Of a stretch of DNA of 64,000 nt, positions 12,473 through 27,832 are shown piece after piece. A program made the translations under genes and the position numbers. Numbering within the stretch: position 1 is the first letter of the stretch; every line of letters begins with the position of its first letter. The DNA lies in assembly GCF_009914755.1 (NCBI RefSeq), contig NC_060925.1; one strand, given 5' to 3'. The DNA comes from the human T2T-CHM13v2.0 reference genome, Homo sapiens. The notes under the pieces were generated by a model. It searched no databases. It saw only the letters and a program-made list of their open reading frames with translations, and had not been told where the DNA came from.

Positions 12473-13840
12473 CAGTTAGCCCTTGAACAATGTGGGGGTT
12501 AGAGGCGCCAACCCCCTGTACAGTCGAAAATTGCATGTAACTTTTGACTCCCCACAAACTTAACTACTAATAGCCTACTATTGACCAGAAGCCTTACTGA
12601 TAACATAGTCTATTAACACATATTTTGCATATGTATTATATACTGTACTCTTACAATAAAATAAGCTATAGAAAAGAAAATGTTATTAAGAAAATCATAT
12701 AACAGAGAAAATACATTTACAGTACTATACTGTATTTATCGATACCATAAGTTTACATTGTCTGTTTACAGGGTGAATCATCTGTCTGAAATAGCATGCA
12801 ACTGCAGCTGCAGACATCAATCTGCAGCACATATCAAGCAATTCAACTTTTTCTTGTAATGTCCCGACTTTTCTCTGCTTCTTGGGAGCACTTCCAGCAT
12901 CACTAGTGGCACTTTGTATAGGTCCCATGGCGTTATTCAAGATTTATGGTATTGTACTAAACACGATGAAAAATACTTGAGAACTGCAAGAGATCACTTT
13001 TTACTGCGATATGCAGTTTACTGGAGAGATGAATGGCTCACATGGAGATGATTAGCGTCACAGGTTGTTTTAAGGGATACTCTTAACAGCTGAGCTCACC
13101 ACAATGGCTATAGGAGGTGGCTCCAAAATCATTACAGTAGTACCTTATGCACTGCAGTTAACTTCTTGTAGTTATGATTTAATACTGCATCTTTATGTTT
13201 GTTTACATTTTTCTCAACTGCAAATGGCACTATGTACATAAGGTCTGTAAATGTTTGTGTGCATAAGTTTTGATAAATTTTATTTATTTTTTATTTTTTG
13301 AGACAGGGTCTTTCTCTGTCGCCCAGGCCGACACGCTTGCAGTGGCACAGTCACGGCTCACTGCAGCTTCAATCTCCTGGGCTCAAGTGATCCTCCCACC
13401 TCAGCCTCTTGAGTAGATGGGACTACAGGCACGCACCACCATGCCGGGCTAATTTTTTGATTTTTAAATAGAGACAAGGTCTCACTTTGTTGCCCAAGGC
13501 TGGTCTTGAACTCCTGGGCTCAAGCGATTCTCTCACCTAGGCCTCCCAGAGTTCTGGGATTACACGTATAAGCCACCATGGTTAACAAATTTTAACTTTT
13601 TACAGTAGATTTGTATATATTTTATTGTCATAAGTGATTAAATAGAATTGTTTCTACATATATTTTATGCATTCATGACATAAAACTTTTTCTTAAATTT
13701 TTTGATATTTCTAGGCTACGTGGTTTATCTGAGTTTTTTCAAATTGTCTCAAACCTCCAAACAATTTTTCAGTATATTGAAAAAAGTCTGTGTAAAATGG
13801 ACCCATGCAGTTCAAAACCATGTTGTTCAAGGGTCAACTG
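12473..13840 (-). mobile_element. Tigger2-family DNA transposon (Tigger2b-like internal-deletion derivative) with intact TIRs and TA TSD
   Basis: TIRs cagttagcccttgaacaa / ttgttcaagggtcaactg flanked by TA. ORF 12725-12940(-) encodes a transposase N-terminal HTH remnant (SATSDAGSAPKKQRKVGTLQEKVELLDM). About 1.07 kb once the nested Alu is removed. Confidence 0.9.
13280..13581 (-). mobile_element. AluJ nested in Tigger2
   Basis: Alu dimer with J diagnostics (gggctcaagtgatcctcccacc). Confidence 0.9.
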
Positions 13841-16260
13841 TACACAAGTGATTGAATTATTGTTGAATGACAATCCTATTCAATCGATCAGTAAAGATTT
13901 ACTATATGGAGCAGTGCTGGGGATTGAGCTAGCCTTTCCTTGACTATCAGCTTCTGGGGACATCTGCTTTGAACTAAATACTCTCATTAGCTTTGCTGGT
14001 ATCTCAGCTCAGCAGGAGAAGCTGTTGATAGTCTCTTGACAGGGCCAGCTGGCATGATAGACTTGTTTAAACCAAATTTGTTTCACATCATTCTAACAAC
14101 CCTGCTTTAAGGTCCTAATGTCACAGGAGAGACAGAATTCAAAAACAACTGTCATACATATGAAAAGGGCTATACAGAAACTGTACAAGATTCTAAGAGC
14201 AAAATGGAGGGAGGGATTAATTCTGCCTACAAGAATTAAGAAAGGTTTCACAGAGAAGGTGGCATTTGAGCTGGGACTCAAAGGATAAGCAGTTTTATTT
14301 TTCCATTTGTTTTGTTGGTTTATTTTTAGTTTTTATTTTAGGTTTGGGGATACATGTCAGGGTTTATTACATAGGTAAACACGTGTCATGGGGGTTAGTT
14401 GTACATATTATTACATCACCCAGGTATTAAGCTCAATACCCAATAGTTATTTTTCCTGCTTCTCTCCCGCCTCCCACCCTCCCCGCTCAAGTAGACCCTA
14501 GTGTCTGTTGTTTTCTTCTTTGTGTTCATAAATTTTTATCATTCAGCTCCCAGTTATAAGTGGAAACATGCAGTGTTTGGTTTTCTATTCCTGCATTAGT
14601 TTGCTAAGGATAATAGCCTCCAGCCCCATTCATGTTCCCGCAAAAAAACATGATCTCATTCTTTTTTATGGCTGCATAATATTCAGTGGTGTATATGTAC
14701 AACATTTTTTAAAATCCAGTCTGTCATTCATGGGCATTTAGGTTGATTTCATGTCTTTGCTATTGTGAACAGTGTTGCAATGAACATTTGCATGTGTATG
14801 TCTTTGCATACACATTTGCATGTAGAATGCTTTATATTCCTCTGGGTATATACCCAGTAATGAGATTGCTGGGTCAAATGGTAGTTCTGCTTTTAGCTCT
14901 TTAAGGAATTGCTATACTGCTGTCCACAATGGTTGAACTAATTTACACTCCCACCAACAGTGTATAAGGGTTTTCTCTGCAACCTCCCCACCAGCATCTG
15001 TTATATTTTTGACTTTTTAATAATAGTCATTCTGACTGGTATGAGATGGTATCTCATTGTGGTTTTGACTTGCATTTTTCTAATGATCAGCAATATTGAG
15101 CTTGTTTTCATATGCTTGTTGGCTGCATTATTTCTTCTTTTGAGAAGTGTCTGTTCATGTCTTTTACCCACTTTTTAATGGGGTTGTTTTTCTTTTATAA
15201 ATTTAAGTTCTTTATACATGCTGGATATTAGACCTTTGTCAGAAGCATAGTTTGCAAATATTTTCTCTCATTCTTTAGGTTGTCTGTCGATAGTTTCTTT
15301 TGCTGTGCAGAAGCTCTTATGTTTAATTAGGTTCCATTTGTCCATTTTTGCTTTTGTTGCAATTGCTTTCAATGTCTTTGTTGTGAAATCTTTGCCTGTT
15401 CCTACATCCAGGATGGTATTGTCTAGGTTGTCTTCTAGGGTTTTTCTAGTTTTGAATTTTACATTTATGTCTTTAGTTCATCTTGAGTTGATTTTCATAT
15501 ATGGTGTGAGGAAGGGGTCCAGCTTCAATCTTCTGCATATGGCTAGCTAGTTGTCCCAGCACCATTTATTGAATAGGGAGTCTTTTCCCCATTGCTTTTG
15601 TCAGCTTTGTCGAAGATCAGATGGTTGTAGATGTGCAGCCTCATTTCTGGGATCTCTGTTCTGTTCCATTGGGCTATGTGCCTGTTTTTGTATCAGTACC
15701 ATGCTGTTTTGGCCACTGTAGCCTTGTAGTATAGTTTGAAGTTGAGTAATGTGATTCCTCCAGCTTTGTTCTTTTTGCTTAGGATTGCCTTGGCTATTTG
15801 GGTTCTTTTTTGGTTCCATATAAATTTTAAAATATTTTTTTTCTAGTTCTGTGAAGAATGTTGTCAGTAGTTTGATAGGAATGGCACTAAATCTGTAAGT
15901 TGCTTTGGGCAATATAGCCATTTTAATGATACTGATTCTTCCTATCCATAAGCATGGAATGTTTTTCCATTTGTTTGTGTCTTCTCTGATTTCTTTGAGC
16001 AGTGTTTTGTAATTCTCATTGTAGAGATCTTTCACTTCCCTGGTTTGCTGTATTCCCAGGTATTTTGTTTTATTTTTTGTGGCAGTTATAAATGGGATTG
16101 CCTTCCTGATCTTGCTGTCAGTTTACTTGGTGGGTGTATAGGAATGCTAGTGATTTTTGTATATTGATTTTGTATCCTGCAGTTTTGCTGAAGTTATTTA
16201 TCAGCTGAAGGAGCTTTCACAGGCCAAGACTATGAGGTTTTCTAGATATAGAATCATGTT

Positions 16261-16576
<316 letters not shown>

Positions 16577-18246
16577 TCATGTTGTCTGCAAACAGAGATA
16601 GTTTGACTTCCTCTCTTTCTATTTGGATGTCCTTTCTTTCTCTTGCCTGATTGCTTTGACCAGGACTTCCAATACTACGTTGAATAGAAGTGGTGAGAGA
16701 TGGTATCCTTGTCTTGTGCTGGTTTTCAAGAGGAATGCTTCCAGCTTTTGCCATTCAGGATAATGTTGGCTGTGGATTTGTCATAGATAGCTGTTATTAT
16801 TTTGATGTTTGTTCCTTCAGTACCTAGTTTATTGAGAGTTTTTAACATAAAGGGACGTTGAATTTTATCAAAAGCCTTTTCTGCATCTATTGAGATAATC
16901 ATGTGTTTTTTGTCTTTAGTTCTGCTTGTGTGATGAATCATATTTATTGATTTTTGTATGTTGAACCAATCTTGCATCCTGGGAATGAATCTTGCAAGTA
17001 TTTTGTTGAGTATTTTTGTGTTGATGTTTATCAAGGATGTTGGGCTGAAGTTTTCTTCTTTTGTTGTGTCTCTGCCAGGTTTTGGTATCAAGATGATGCT
17101 GGCCTCATAGAATGAGTTGAGAAGTCCTTCCTCTGTAATTTTTTGGAATAGTTTCTGTAGGAATGGTACCAGCTCTTCTTTGTACATCTGATAGAATTCA
17201 GTTGTGAATCCACCAGGTCCTGAGGTTTTTTTTTTTCTGGCCGGTAGGCTATTTATTACTGATTCAATTTTGGAACTTGTTATTGGTCTGTTCAGGGAAT
17301 CAGTTTCTTCCTGGCTCTGTCCTGGGAGGGTGTATGTATCCAGGAATTTATCCATGTCTTCTAGGTTTTCTAGTTTGTATGTATAGAGTTGTTCATAGTA
17401 GTTTCTGATGGTTGCTTTTATTTCTGTGGGGTAAGTAGTAACCCCTTTGTCATTTCTAATTATGTTTATTTGGATTTTCTCTCTTTTCTTCTTAATTAGT
17501 CTAGCTAGTAGCCTGTTTTATTAATTTTTTCAAAAAACCAATTCCTGGATTCATTGATCTTTTGAATAGCTTTTTATGTCTCGATTTTTTTCAGTTCAGC
17601 TCTGATTTTTTGTTATTTCTCATCTTCTGCTAGCTTTGGGGTTGATTTGTTCTTGCCTCTTTAATTTCTTCAATTGTGAAGTTAGATTGTTAACTTGAGA
17701 TCTTCCTACCTTTTTGATGTGGGCACTTAGTGCTATAAATTTCCCTCTTAACACTGTTTTAGCTGTGTCCCAGAGATTCTGGTATGTTTTATGTTTGTTC
17801 TCATTATTTTCAAAGAACTTCTTTATTTCTGCTTTAATTTCATTACTTACCCAAAAGTCATTCAGGATAGGTTGTTTAATTTGTGGTAATTGTATGGTAA
17901 TTTCCGTGTAATTGAGTGATTTTCATTGTGTTGACTTCTATTTTTATTGCACTGTGGTCTCAGAGTGTGTTTGGTATGATTTCAGTTTTTTTACATTAGT
18001 TGAGGACTGTTTAATGTCCAATTATGTGGTCATTTTTGGAGTATGTGCCATGTGACAATTAGAAGAATGTATATTGTGTTGTTTTTGGATGGAGACTTCT
18101 GTAAAAGTCTATCGGATCCATTTGGTCCAATGCTGAGTTTAGGTCCTGAATATCTTTGTTAATTTTCTGCCTCGATGATCTAATACTGTCAGTGGAATGT
18201 TGAAGTCCCCCACTATTATTTTTTGGGAGTCTATGTCTCTTTGTAG

Positions 18247-18785
<539 letters not shown>

Positions 18786-18903
18786 TCATCCCTTTATTAA
18801 TATTTTGAGCCCATGAGTGTCATTACATGTGAGATGGGTCTCTTGAAGACAGCATACCATTGGGTCTTACTTTTTTTATCCAGCTTGCCACTCTGTGCCT
18901 TTT

Positions 18904-18998
18904 TTTTTTTTTAATCAATGTTGACCAGGCTGGCCTCGAACTTGTAGCCTCACCTCCCCGAGTGCCAGGGCAACCAGCCTGAGCCACAGCAGCTCCCA
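18904..18998 (-). mobile_element. Retroposed snaR-ancestor (CAS/ASR-like) small Pol III RNA copy
   Basis: Minus strand GGGAGCTGCTGTGGCTCAGGCTGGTTGCCCTGGCACTCGGGGAGGTGAGGCTACAAGTTCGAGGCCAGCCTGGTCAACATTGATT-polyA; 15-bp TSD cactctgtgcctttt; A and B boxes present. Confidence 0.75.
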
Positions 18999-21900
18999 CA
19001 CTCTGTGCCTTTTAAGTGGGGCATTTAGCCTGTTTACATTCAATGTTCGTATTTATATGTGTGGATTGGATCCTGTCATTGTGCTGTTGGCTGGTCATTA
19101 TGTTGGCTTATTTGTGTGGTTGCTTTACAGTGACACTGGCTGTGTGTTTAAGTGTGTTTTTGTATTAGCTGGTAGTGGTCTTTCCTTTCTATATTTAGTT
19201 CTCCTTTCAGGATCTCTTGTAAGGCAGGTCTGGTGGTAATGAAGTCCCTCAACATTTGCTTATCAGAAAATGATGTTATTTCTCCTTCACTAAGGAAGCT
19301 TAGTTTGGCTGGATATGAAATGATTGGTTGAAGTTTTTTTCTTTAAGAATGTTGAATATAGGCCCCCAATCTCCTTTGGCTTGTACGGTTCCAGCTGAGA
19401 GGTCTGCTGTTAGCCTGATGGGGATCCCTTTTTAGGTGACCTGCCCATTCTCTCTAGCTGCCTTTAACATTCGTTCTTTCATTCTGACCTTGGAAAATCT
19501 GATGATAATGTGTCTTTGGGATGGTCTTCTTGTGTAGAATATTTCAGGAACAAAGTTGGGGAAGTTTTCATGGATGATATTCTGAAATATATTTTCCAAG
19601 TTGTTTTTCTTTCTTCCACTCCCTTTCAGGAATGCCAGTGATTCATAGATTTGGCCTCTTTACATAATCCCATACATCTCAGAGGTTTTGTTCATTCCTT
19701 TTTATTCTTTTTTCTTTGTTTTTTTCTGTCTGTCTTATTTCAGAGAACCAGTCTTCAAGTTTTGAGATTCTTTCCTCAGCTTGGTTTATTCTGCTGTTAA
19801 TATTTGTGATTGCATTGTGAAATTCTTGTATTGTGTTATTCAGTTCTGTCAGACTCAGTAGATTCTTTTTTTATACTAGCTATTTTGTTCTTCCGCTCCT
19901 GTATCACTTTATTGTTAATTCTTATTTTCCTTGAATTTGGTTTTGCCATATCCTTGTTCCTATTTTTCTTCCTATCCATATTCAGAATTCAATTTCTGTC
20001 ATTCCAGCCAGTTTGGCCAGGTTAAAAACTCTTGTTGGAGAACTGGTGTGGTCGTATGGAGGACGTATGACACTCTGGCCATTTGAGTTACTGGAGTTTT
20101 TGCAATGGTTCTTTCTCATCTCTGCATTGTGAGTGTTCCTTTAACTGCAGTGTAGATTGAGTACAGACAATAGACTTCTTTTCTGGATTTTTCTACTGGG
20201 CCAAGGTTTTGCATAGGGTCTTTATTTGAAGCTGACTTCTTGTCTCTGGTTTCAGAGGGGGGTATGTTAGTGAGGTATTTTTGGTGTTGGAGCTTTAGAG
20301 TGTGAGCCAGCAGGTGGTAATTGGGATTCTTGGTCAGTTGATAGAATTTTGCTTAGTTGTATGGCTCCCCTATGTTTCCTAACAGTTGCAGCTGTGTTCC
20401 CTCTCAGTGCTCTGAAAGTGTGGGTTCCTCTCCTTCTTGAGTGCTGGCTGTAGTTCATGACTTGACACTCCTGGGCTGCCCACTGCAGCTCTGGGGAGAT
20501 CTCAGTGTTTATGTTCCTTCCCCAGCTTAGAGGCAGCAGAGGAAGAGATCTTAGTAGTAGTGGTGGCCAGGGTCATTTGCTTGTCTCCTAGGGGCTCCAC
20601 CCCCGGGAGATGCAGGTCAGTAATCACTCAGTGCAGTCAGCCCAAGATGGAGGGTTTGTGCTGTGGGCTCAAGCCAGTGGTTCCCTGATGAGCTGTGGTG
20701 GGTGTGTGGGACCTATAGGAGATGGACTGGCCTCATCTCCTTGGGTCAACTACAGCTTGGAGGTATGGATAAGGCACTTAGGGTCTTTGCCCATTCATTA
20801 GTCTGAGGGTGGCAAGGGCAGTTCCACTGCAGAGGCATGGTTGAGAGGCTATCAGTTGCCCCTGGAGGCTCTGTGCAGGGAGTTGCTGAGTTGGTTCTGG
20901 CTTGATAGCTCTGGCAGGGGGTGGCTGGAGGCCCCCGCCTGGAGAACCTGCCTGGTGAGGAGATATGGGAATAGGCACCCACGTAACACTGTGGCTACAT
21001 TTCCATAGGGCTGCTGCAGTATGGTTGGGGTCTGCTCCAGTCTCCAGTCGCCTTGGATTTTCCAGAACCAAGAGATGTCACCAGTGAAGGCTGTAAGATA
21101 GCAAAGATGGCAGCCTGTCCCTCCCTTTGGGAGCTTTGTCCCAGGGAGGTACAAGCCTGTTGTGGGCCCAAAGGCACCTGTAGGAAGTGGCTGGGGACCC
21201 CAGTTGGGAGGTCCTTCCCTGCGAGGAGGAATGGGATCAGGACCTACTTAAGAAAAAGCAGTCTGGCCATGTTTTGGTATAGCAGCTGTGCTGTGCTGGG
21301 AATCCATTTCAGCCCCTGGTTGCTTCAGACACTCTGAAGCCCAAAGGCTGGAACAGCTAAGTCACCCAAACATCAAATATGGTGGCCCACCCCTCCCTCT
21401 AAGAGCGCAGTCCCAGGGGGAATTCAGATCTCTATTGGCTGGAAAGCTCAGGTAGGGGTGGCTGGAGGCCCCAGTAGGAAGGTCCTACCCACTGAGGAGG
21501 AATGGGATGGGGTACCTGCTTAAAGCAACAGTCGGGCTACACTTTGGTAGAGCTGCTGTGCTGTACTGGGGGATCTCTTCCACCCCAGGTTGGCTCAGAC
21601 TCTCCAAAGCCTAAAGGCTGGAATGGCTAAGATGCCTGAACAGCAAAGATGGCGGCCCACCCCTCCCACGGGGAGCTCCTTCTTAGGGAGATGCAATGCC
21701 ACTGTTGGTAGCTTGCTGGAATTCCAAGCCAGTGGGTCTTATCTTGTGAGGTGCCATGGAAGTGGGGCCTGCAGGCTGTTTCTGCTCAGCCCCCTGGATT
21801 CAGTCTCCTTCCTAGGGGTACGTACAGGAGTTTAACCTCCCACTTTGCTGGAGCTGCAGCTACTTTTGCTGGAAACCCCAAGTATCTTAAGGTTCCAGGG

Positions 21901-22854
21901 TTTCTATGCATGCCTGAGCAGCTGCTCTGCCAAGACTCCACATAGCTTTGTCAGACAGAAGACTGAAGGCCCTAGTAGTGTGGGTTCATAAGGATATCTC
22001 CTGACCCGAGGGTTGCAAATATCTATGGGAGAAGCATGGTTTCCTGGGATCACTCATTCACTCACAGCTTTCCTGGGCGAGGGAGGATCCCTGGGCTCTG
22101 TGTTGCTCCCAGGTGGGCCATTGTCCTGTCTTGCTTTTCTTCGTTCTCTGTGGGTCAAGTTGTTTCCTTGATTAATCCCAATGCAAGTACCTGAATGTTT
22201 CAGTTGAAGGTGTTGTATTTACTCGCCCCTTCTGTACCTCTCTTTGAGAGCCACTCATACTAGCTGCTTCTAGTTGGCCATCTTGGCCACTCCCCGCTTT
22301 GTTTATTTTCTAGGCATAGAAAATGAGGGGCATTCCTGGTGGAGAATATGTAAAGGGAGGGAGGCACCACCAGGAAGCACCAAATAGTTCTCTGTTGACA
22401 TATGCCACACTTTCACGTAATGTACCCATGTCATCGCTGACATGGCGCCATCATAACAGGGGAGAATGGCAAGAGGTGAGACCAAAAAAAAAAAAAAAAA
22501 ATTGGTTGGGCCAGGTAGTCAAAGGGCCTTGAATGTCATGCTAAGGATTTGAATTTATTCTGAAGGTATTCTAAGACATTCCAATACCCACTGAGCTACA
22601 ACTTCAAAGTGCCATCTAACTTTCCAGCTTGTGGCTTCAGAGTCCTGACAATAAGTAGAAATGGAACCAGTAGAGTATGTTGGAAACTGGAAGTCAGAAG
22701 GTCTGGATTCTAGTCTGACTTTGCTGTCTGGGTTTCTGTTTTCTTCTAGGTAATGTGAAATGGTGAGACATGATTCCTCAGAGCTCTGTTATCCCACAAG
22801 TCTGTGTCTACCAGCCGCACAAGGAAAATCTTTCACGAGGTTCCTCTCAGTTCC

Positions 22855-23783
<929 letters not shown>

Positions 23784-23924
23784 CTGTTCCCCACCCTAAT
23801 ACTTGAAACTCCTGACCCCAATCCCTGTGCTCTATTTACAACTCCATGCCACCACTGGGGGAATAATCCCATAATAGTATCTGTGTGTGGGTAGCTTTAC
23901 CTGTCTGTATCTACACATAGATCT

Positions 23925-24337
23925 TGTGACAGTAAATTTTATCTATCAACTTGACTGGGCTAAAGGATGCCCTTATAGTTAATTAAACATTATTTCTGGA
24001 TATGTCTGACTAGCAGAGATTAGCATTTGGATTGGTGGACTGAGTGAAGCAGATGGCCCTCAATGTCATCCAATCCTTGAGGGCCTGAATAGAGCAAAAA
24101 AGGCAGATGAAGGTTGATTTTGCTCTTTGCCTGACTGCTTGAGTTGGGACATTGATCTCTTGCGCTTGGTGCTTTGGTTCTTAGGCCTTCAGACCTGAGC
24201 TGAAATCTACACCACCGGCTCTCTGACTATCAGGCTTTGGACTATACTTTGGGCTTTCCTGGGTCTCTTACCTGGCAGACAGCAGATTTTGGAACTTTTC
24301 AGCCTCCATAATCATGTGAGCAAAAACCTTATAACAA

Positions 24338-24389
<52 letters not shown>

Positions 24390-24500
24390 CCTATCATCTA
24401 TCTATCATCTATCTATCTATCTATCTATCTATCTCTCTATCTATCTATCTATCTATCATCTTCTGTTGGTTCCGTTCTCTGGAGAACCCTGACTAATACA
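23925..24500 (+). mobile_element. MLT2 (ERVL) solo LTR
   Basis: tgtgacagtaaattttatctatcaacttgactgggctaa ... ctctggagaaccctgactaataca. Confidence 0.85.
24340..24458 (+). repeat. Compound (TCTA)n / GATA microsatellite
   Basis: Two interrupted TCTA runs inside MLT2. Confidence 0.95.
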
Positions 24501-25198
24501 ATTCATATTCAATCACAGGCCTTTAGGAAGTACTTAATATGTGCTGAGCACATACAGAGATAGGTAAGTCCAGGGTATCTCTGAGGTGCTCACAGTCTGA
24601 AGAGGAAAACAGCCCCATGATGCTTGAGCTGTGGAAGGCTCACCTGCAAGGGTGAGCTAGCTGAGGAAATCAATGTGTGTCCTGCACTGTAGAAATCAGT
24701 TTGTTTCCCCAGGGTTATTGCATTAGATTCTTATAAACCTCTAAGGTAGATGCCTTTTACAGAGAAGGGAGCTGAGCTCTAGAGAGGTTAAGGAACTTGC
24801 CTTAGAGGCAAGTCCACTTAGTGTGGGTCAGATCCAGGATTCTAACCCAGTTCTTCTGATTTCAACTTAGTTGGATAATTAAAATTGACTATATATTTCC
24901 TTTGTGTTAACAGATTCTACTGGAACTTCTAGCAGGCAAACTCACCTAGTGCTCTCTGGAAGGTGATGTGGGTGGAACTCTGTCTGATTCCAATGTCTAG
25001 ATGCCAATGAGCTCTCCACCATCACCCCAGAGACAGGGGAAAGAAGATATAAGTAGACCTGGGCCTGTCTTCATTCACTCTCAGTGAGCACACGGCAGGC
25101 ATTCAAGAAATATAGAGGCTGAATTACATTTTTTTTGAGGGTCTAAACTTTGCCCTCTGTGACTAGGTGTCATTTGATATGGCAATGAGAATACAGAG

Positions 25199-25345
25199 CA
25201 GAGATACTCAAACTCAGGAACCAAAAGAATCATCTGAAGATAACTGTTAAAATGCAGATTCTAGGGTCCTCCCTCCAGAGATTCCGATTCAGTGGGGCCC
25301 AGGAGACATTTTCAATTATACCCTCAGATTATTCTGACACAAGTC
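25199..25345. mobile_element. MER5 (hAT-Charlie)
   Basis: ttaaaatgcagattctagggtcc ... agagattccgattcagtggggcccagga. Confidence 0.7.
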
Positions 25346-25482
25346 AATCACAGAGCACATGGCTACTTGTGACAAAATCACAGCCAAGCTAGGTTGAGAT
25401 AGTTTGCCTAGACTCTGATGTGGGTTGTTCCCAAACATCCCCACTAATGTTTATAATTCCTTTTCCTTATGGGAGGGAGAGG

Positions 25483-25695
25483 CCAGTGATGTGTTGGCAA
25501 ATGTTTAATAACTGGATCTCTGGTGGAAAAGAAAAAAAATCCCTGATTTGCAGCATTTGCCAATACCCATGGTGTAAATACTCTCACCGTGGCTGATAGC
25601 AAGCTACCAACAGTAGCTTGTTAAGACTGAATTGGGAAGAGATGCACATCATTGGCCTTTGCAGGTCAGTAGGAGTCAGCTCCAGCAATCATTGG
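25483..25695 (+). mobile_element. MER63A (hAT-Blackjack)
   Basis: cagtgatgtgttggcaaatgtttaa ... ggtgtaaatactctcacc ... gggaagagatgcac. Confidence 0.8.
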
Positions 25696-26339
25696 AGGGA
25701 GGCTGAATAGGAGAGGAGAGGACTTACCTCCCTGGGCCTCAGTTTTCCCACTTATAAAATGAGAATTCATGAAGGTTCTGATCTGTGACTCGAGACTAAT
25801 TTTAGGCCTTAGCTCAGGGGCCATGTGGCCAAAGGAGGTGGTCAGGTTGCCAGGGCACTCAGGGATGAGGAGGCAGAGTGGGTCAGCTCTGCTTCCTCCT
25901 CCCTTCTTGGAGAGGGTGGAGGAGCCCACAACCGGGTGAACAGAGGAGGGGCCTTGGAGTTGGTCCTGCCTCAAATCTTGAACCAGATGCTTACTAAATT
26001 TCTGAGAGCCTGTTTCCCTATCTATAAACTGGGAAAATACTACTGTACCTACCCCATAGAGTGGTTACAAGAATTAAATGAGACAAAGTCTGGCATGTGG
26101 TAAGGTTTCTGTAAACATTAATCTTTCTTCTTGTGACCATTTCTTCCCCTGCCCATGACATTTATTTCCCAAATTCTGCCAGAGCCTGGTTAGACCAGTG
26201 GGCCAATTTCATTCATAAGCAGAGTAGTAGGTCACCCATCACTGTGCAATTTGAGGTAAAGGTCCTTCAGGCAAAAAATTATATGTGTATACACACACAC
26301 ACACACACAGATATGTGTACATATATTCTCCCACTGGTC

Positions 26340-27213
<874 letters not shown>

Positions 27214-27832
27214 CTTATTCATTTGCAAAACCTTTACTGATGACTTTTACCACAGTCACACATATTATCTCATTTAAACCTCACAGCAACTCTGTGAGGG
27301 ATTGTTATCTCCATTTTATGGATGAGGAAGCTGACTCTGAGAGATGACTTTCCAAATTCATCCAACTGGAAGAAAAAGGAAGTCTCTGGGGACTTGAATC
27401 CAGAACTGTCCAGCTCCAAGTCCAGGGCTCACTCTATTAAGCCACTCCATGAGGAATGAGTCCCTAAGGAGGCCACAGAAGGCCCTAAGCCCTCTTTTGT
27501 TCTCTGGAAGAGAGTGCCATTTCTTGGCCCTTCCCAAGGCCTTGACAACTGAAGGTGAGTGTGGGCCCGCCGGCCAGGCACACTGGCTACACAAGGCTGA
27601 CTTTCCACTGGCACTGTGGTTTGGCATAGGTGAGAAGGCGGGCAGTAACTCATGTGACCTGTACAAGTCATTCCCCACCTCGGCCCTCAGTTTCTGCTTC
27701 CAACGACCTAAGAGCCCCTGAACTCAGGAAATCTGTGAATAAATATTTGTTGAATGCATGAGTAAAATGCACGAATGAATGGGAGTCTAACCAGAAGTGG
27801 ATTTTCCAGTCACTATTTTGTTGTGTTTTTCT

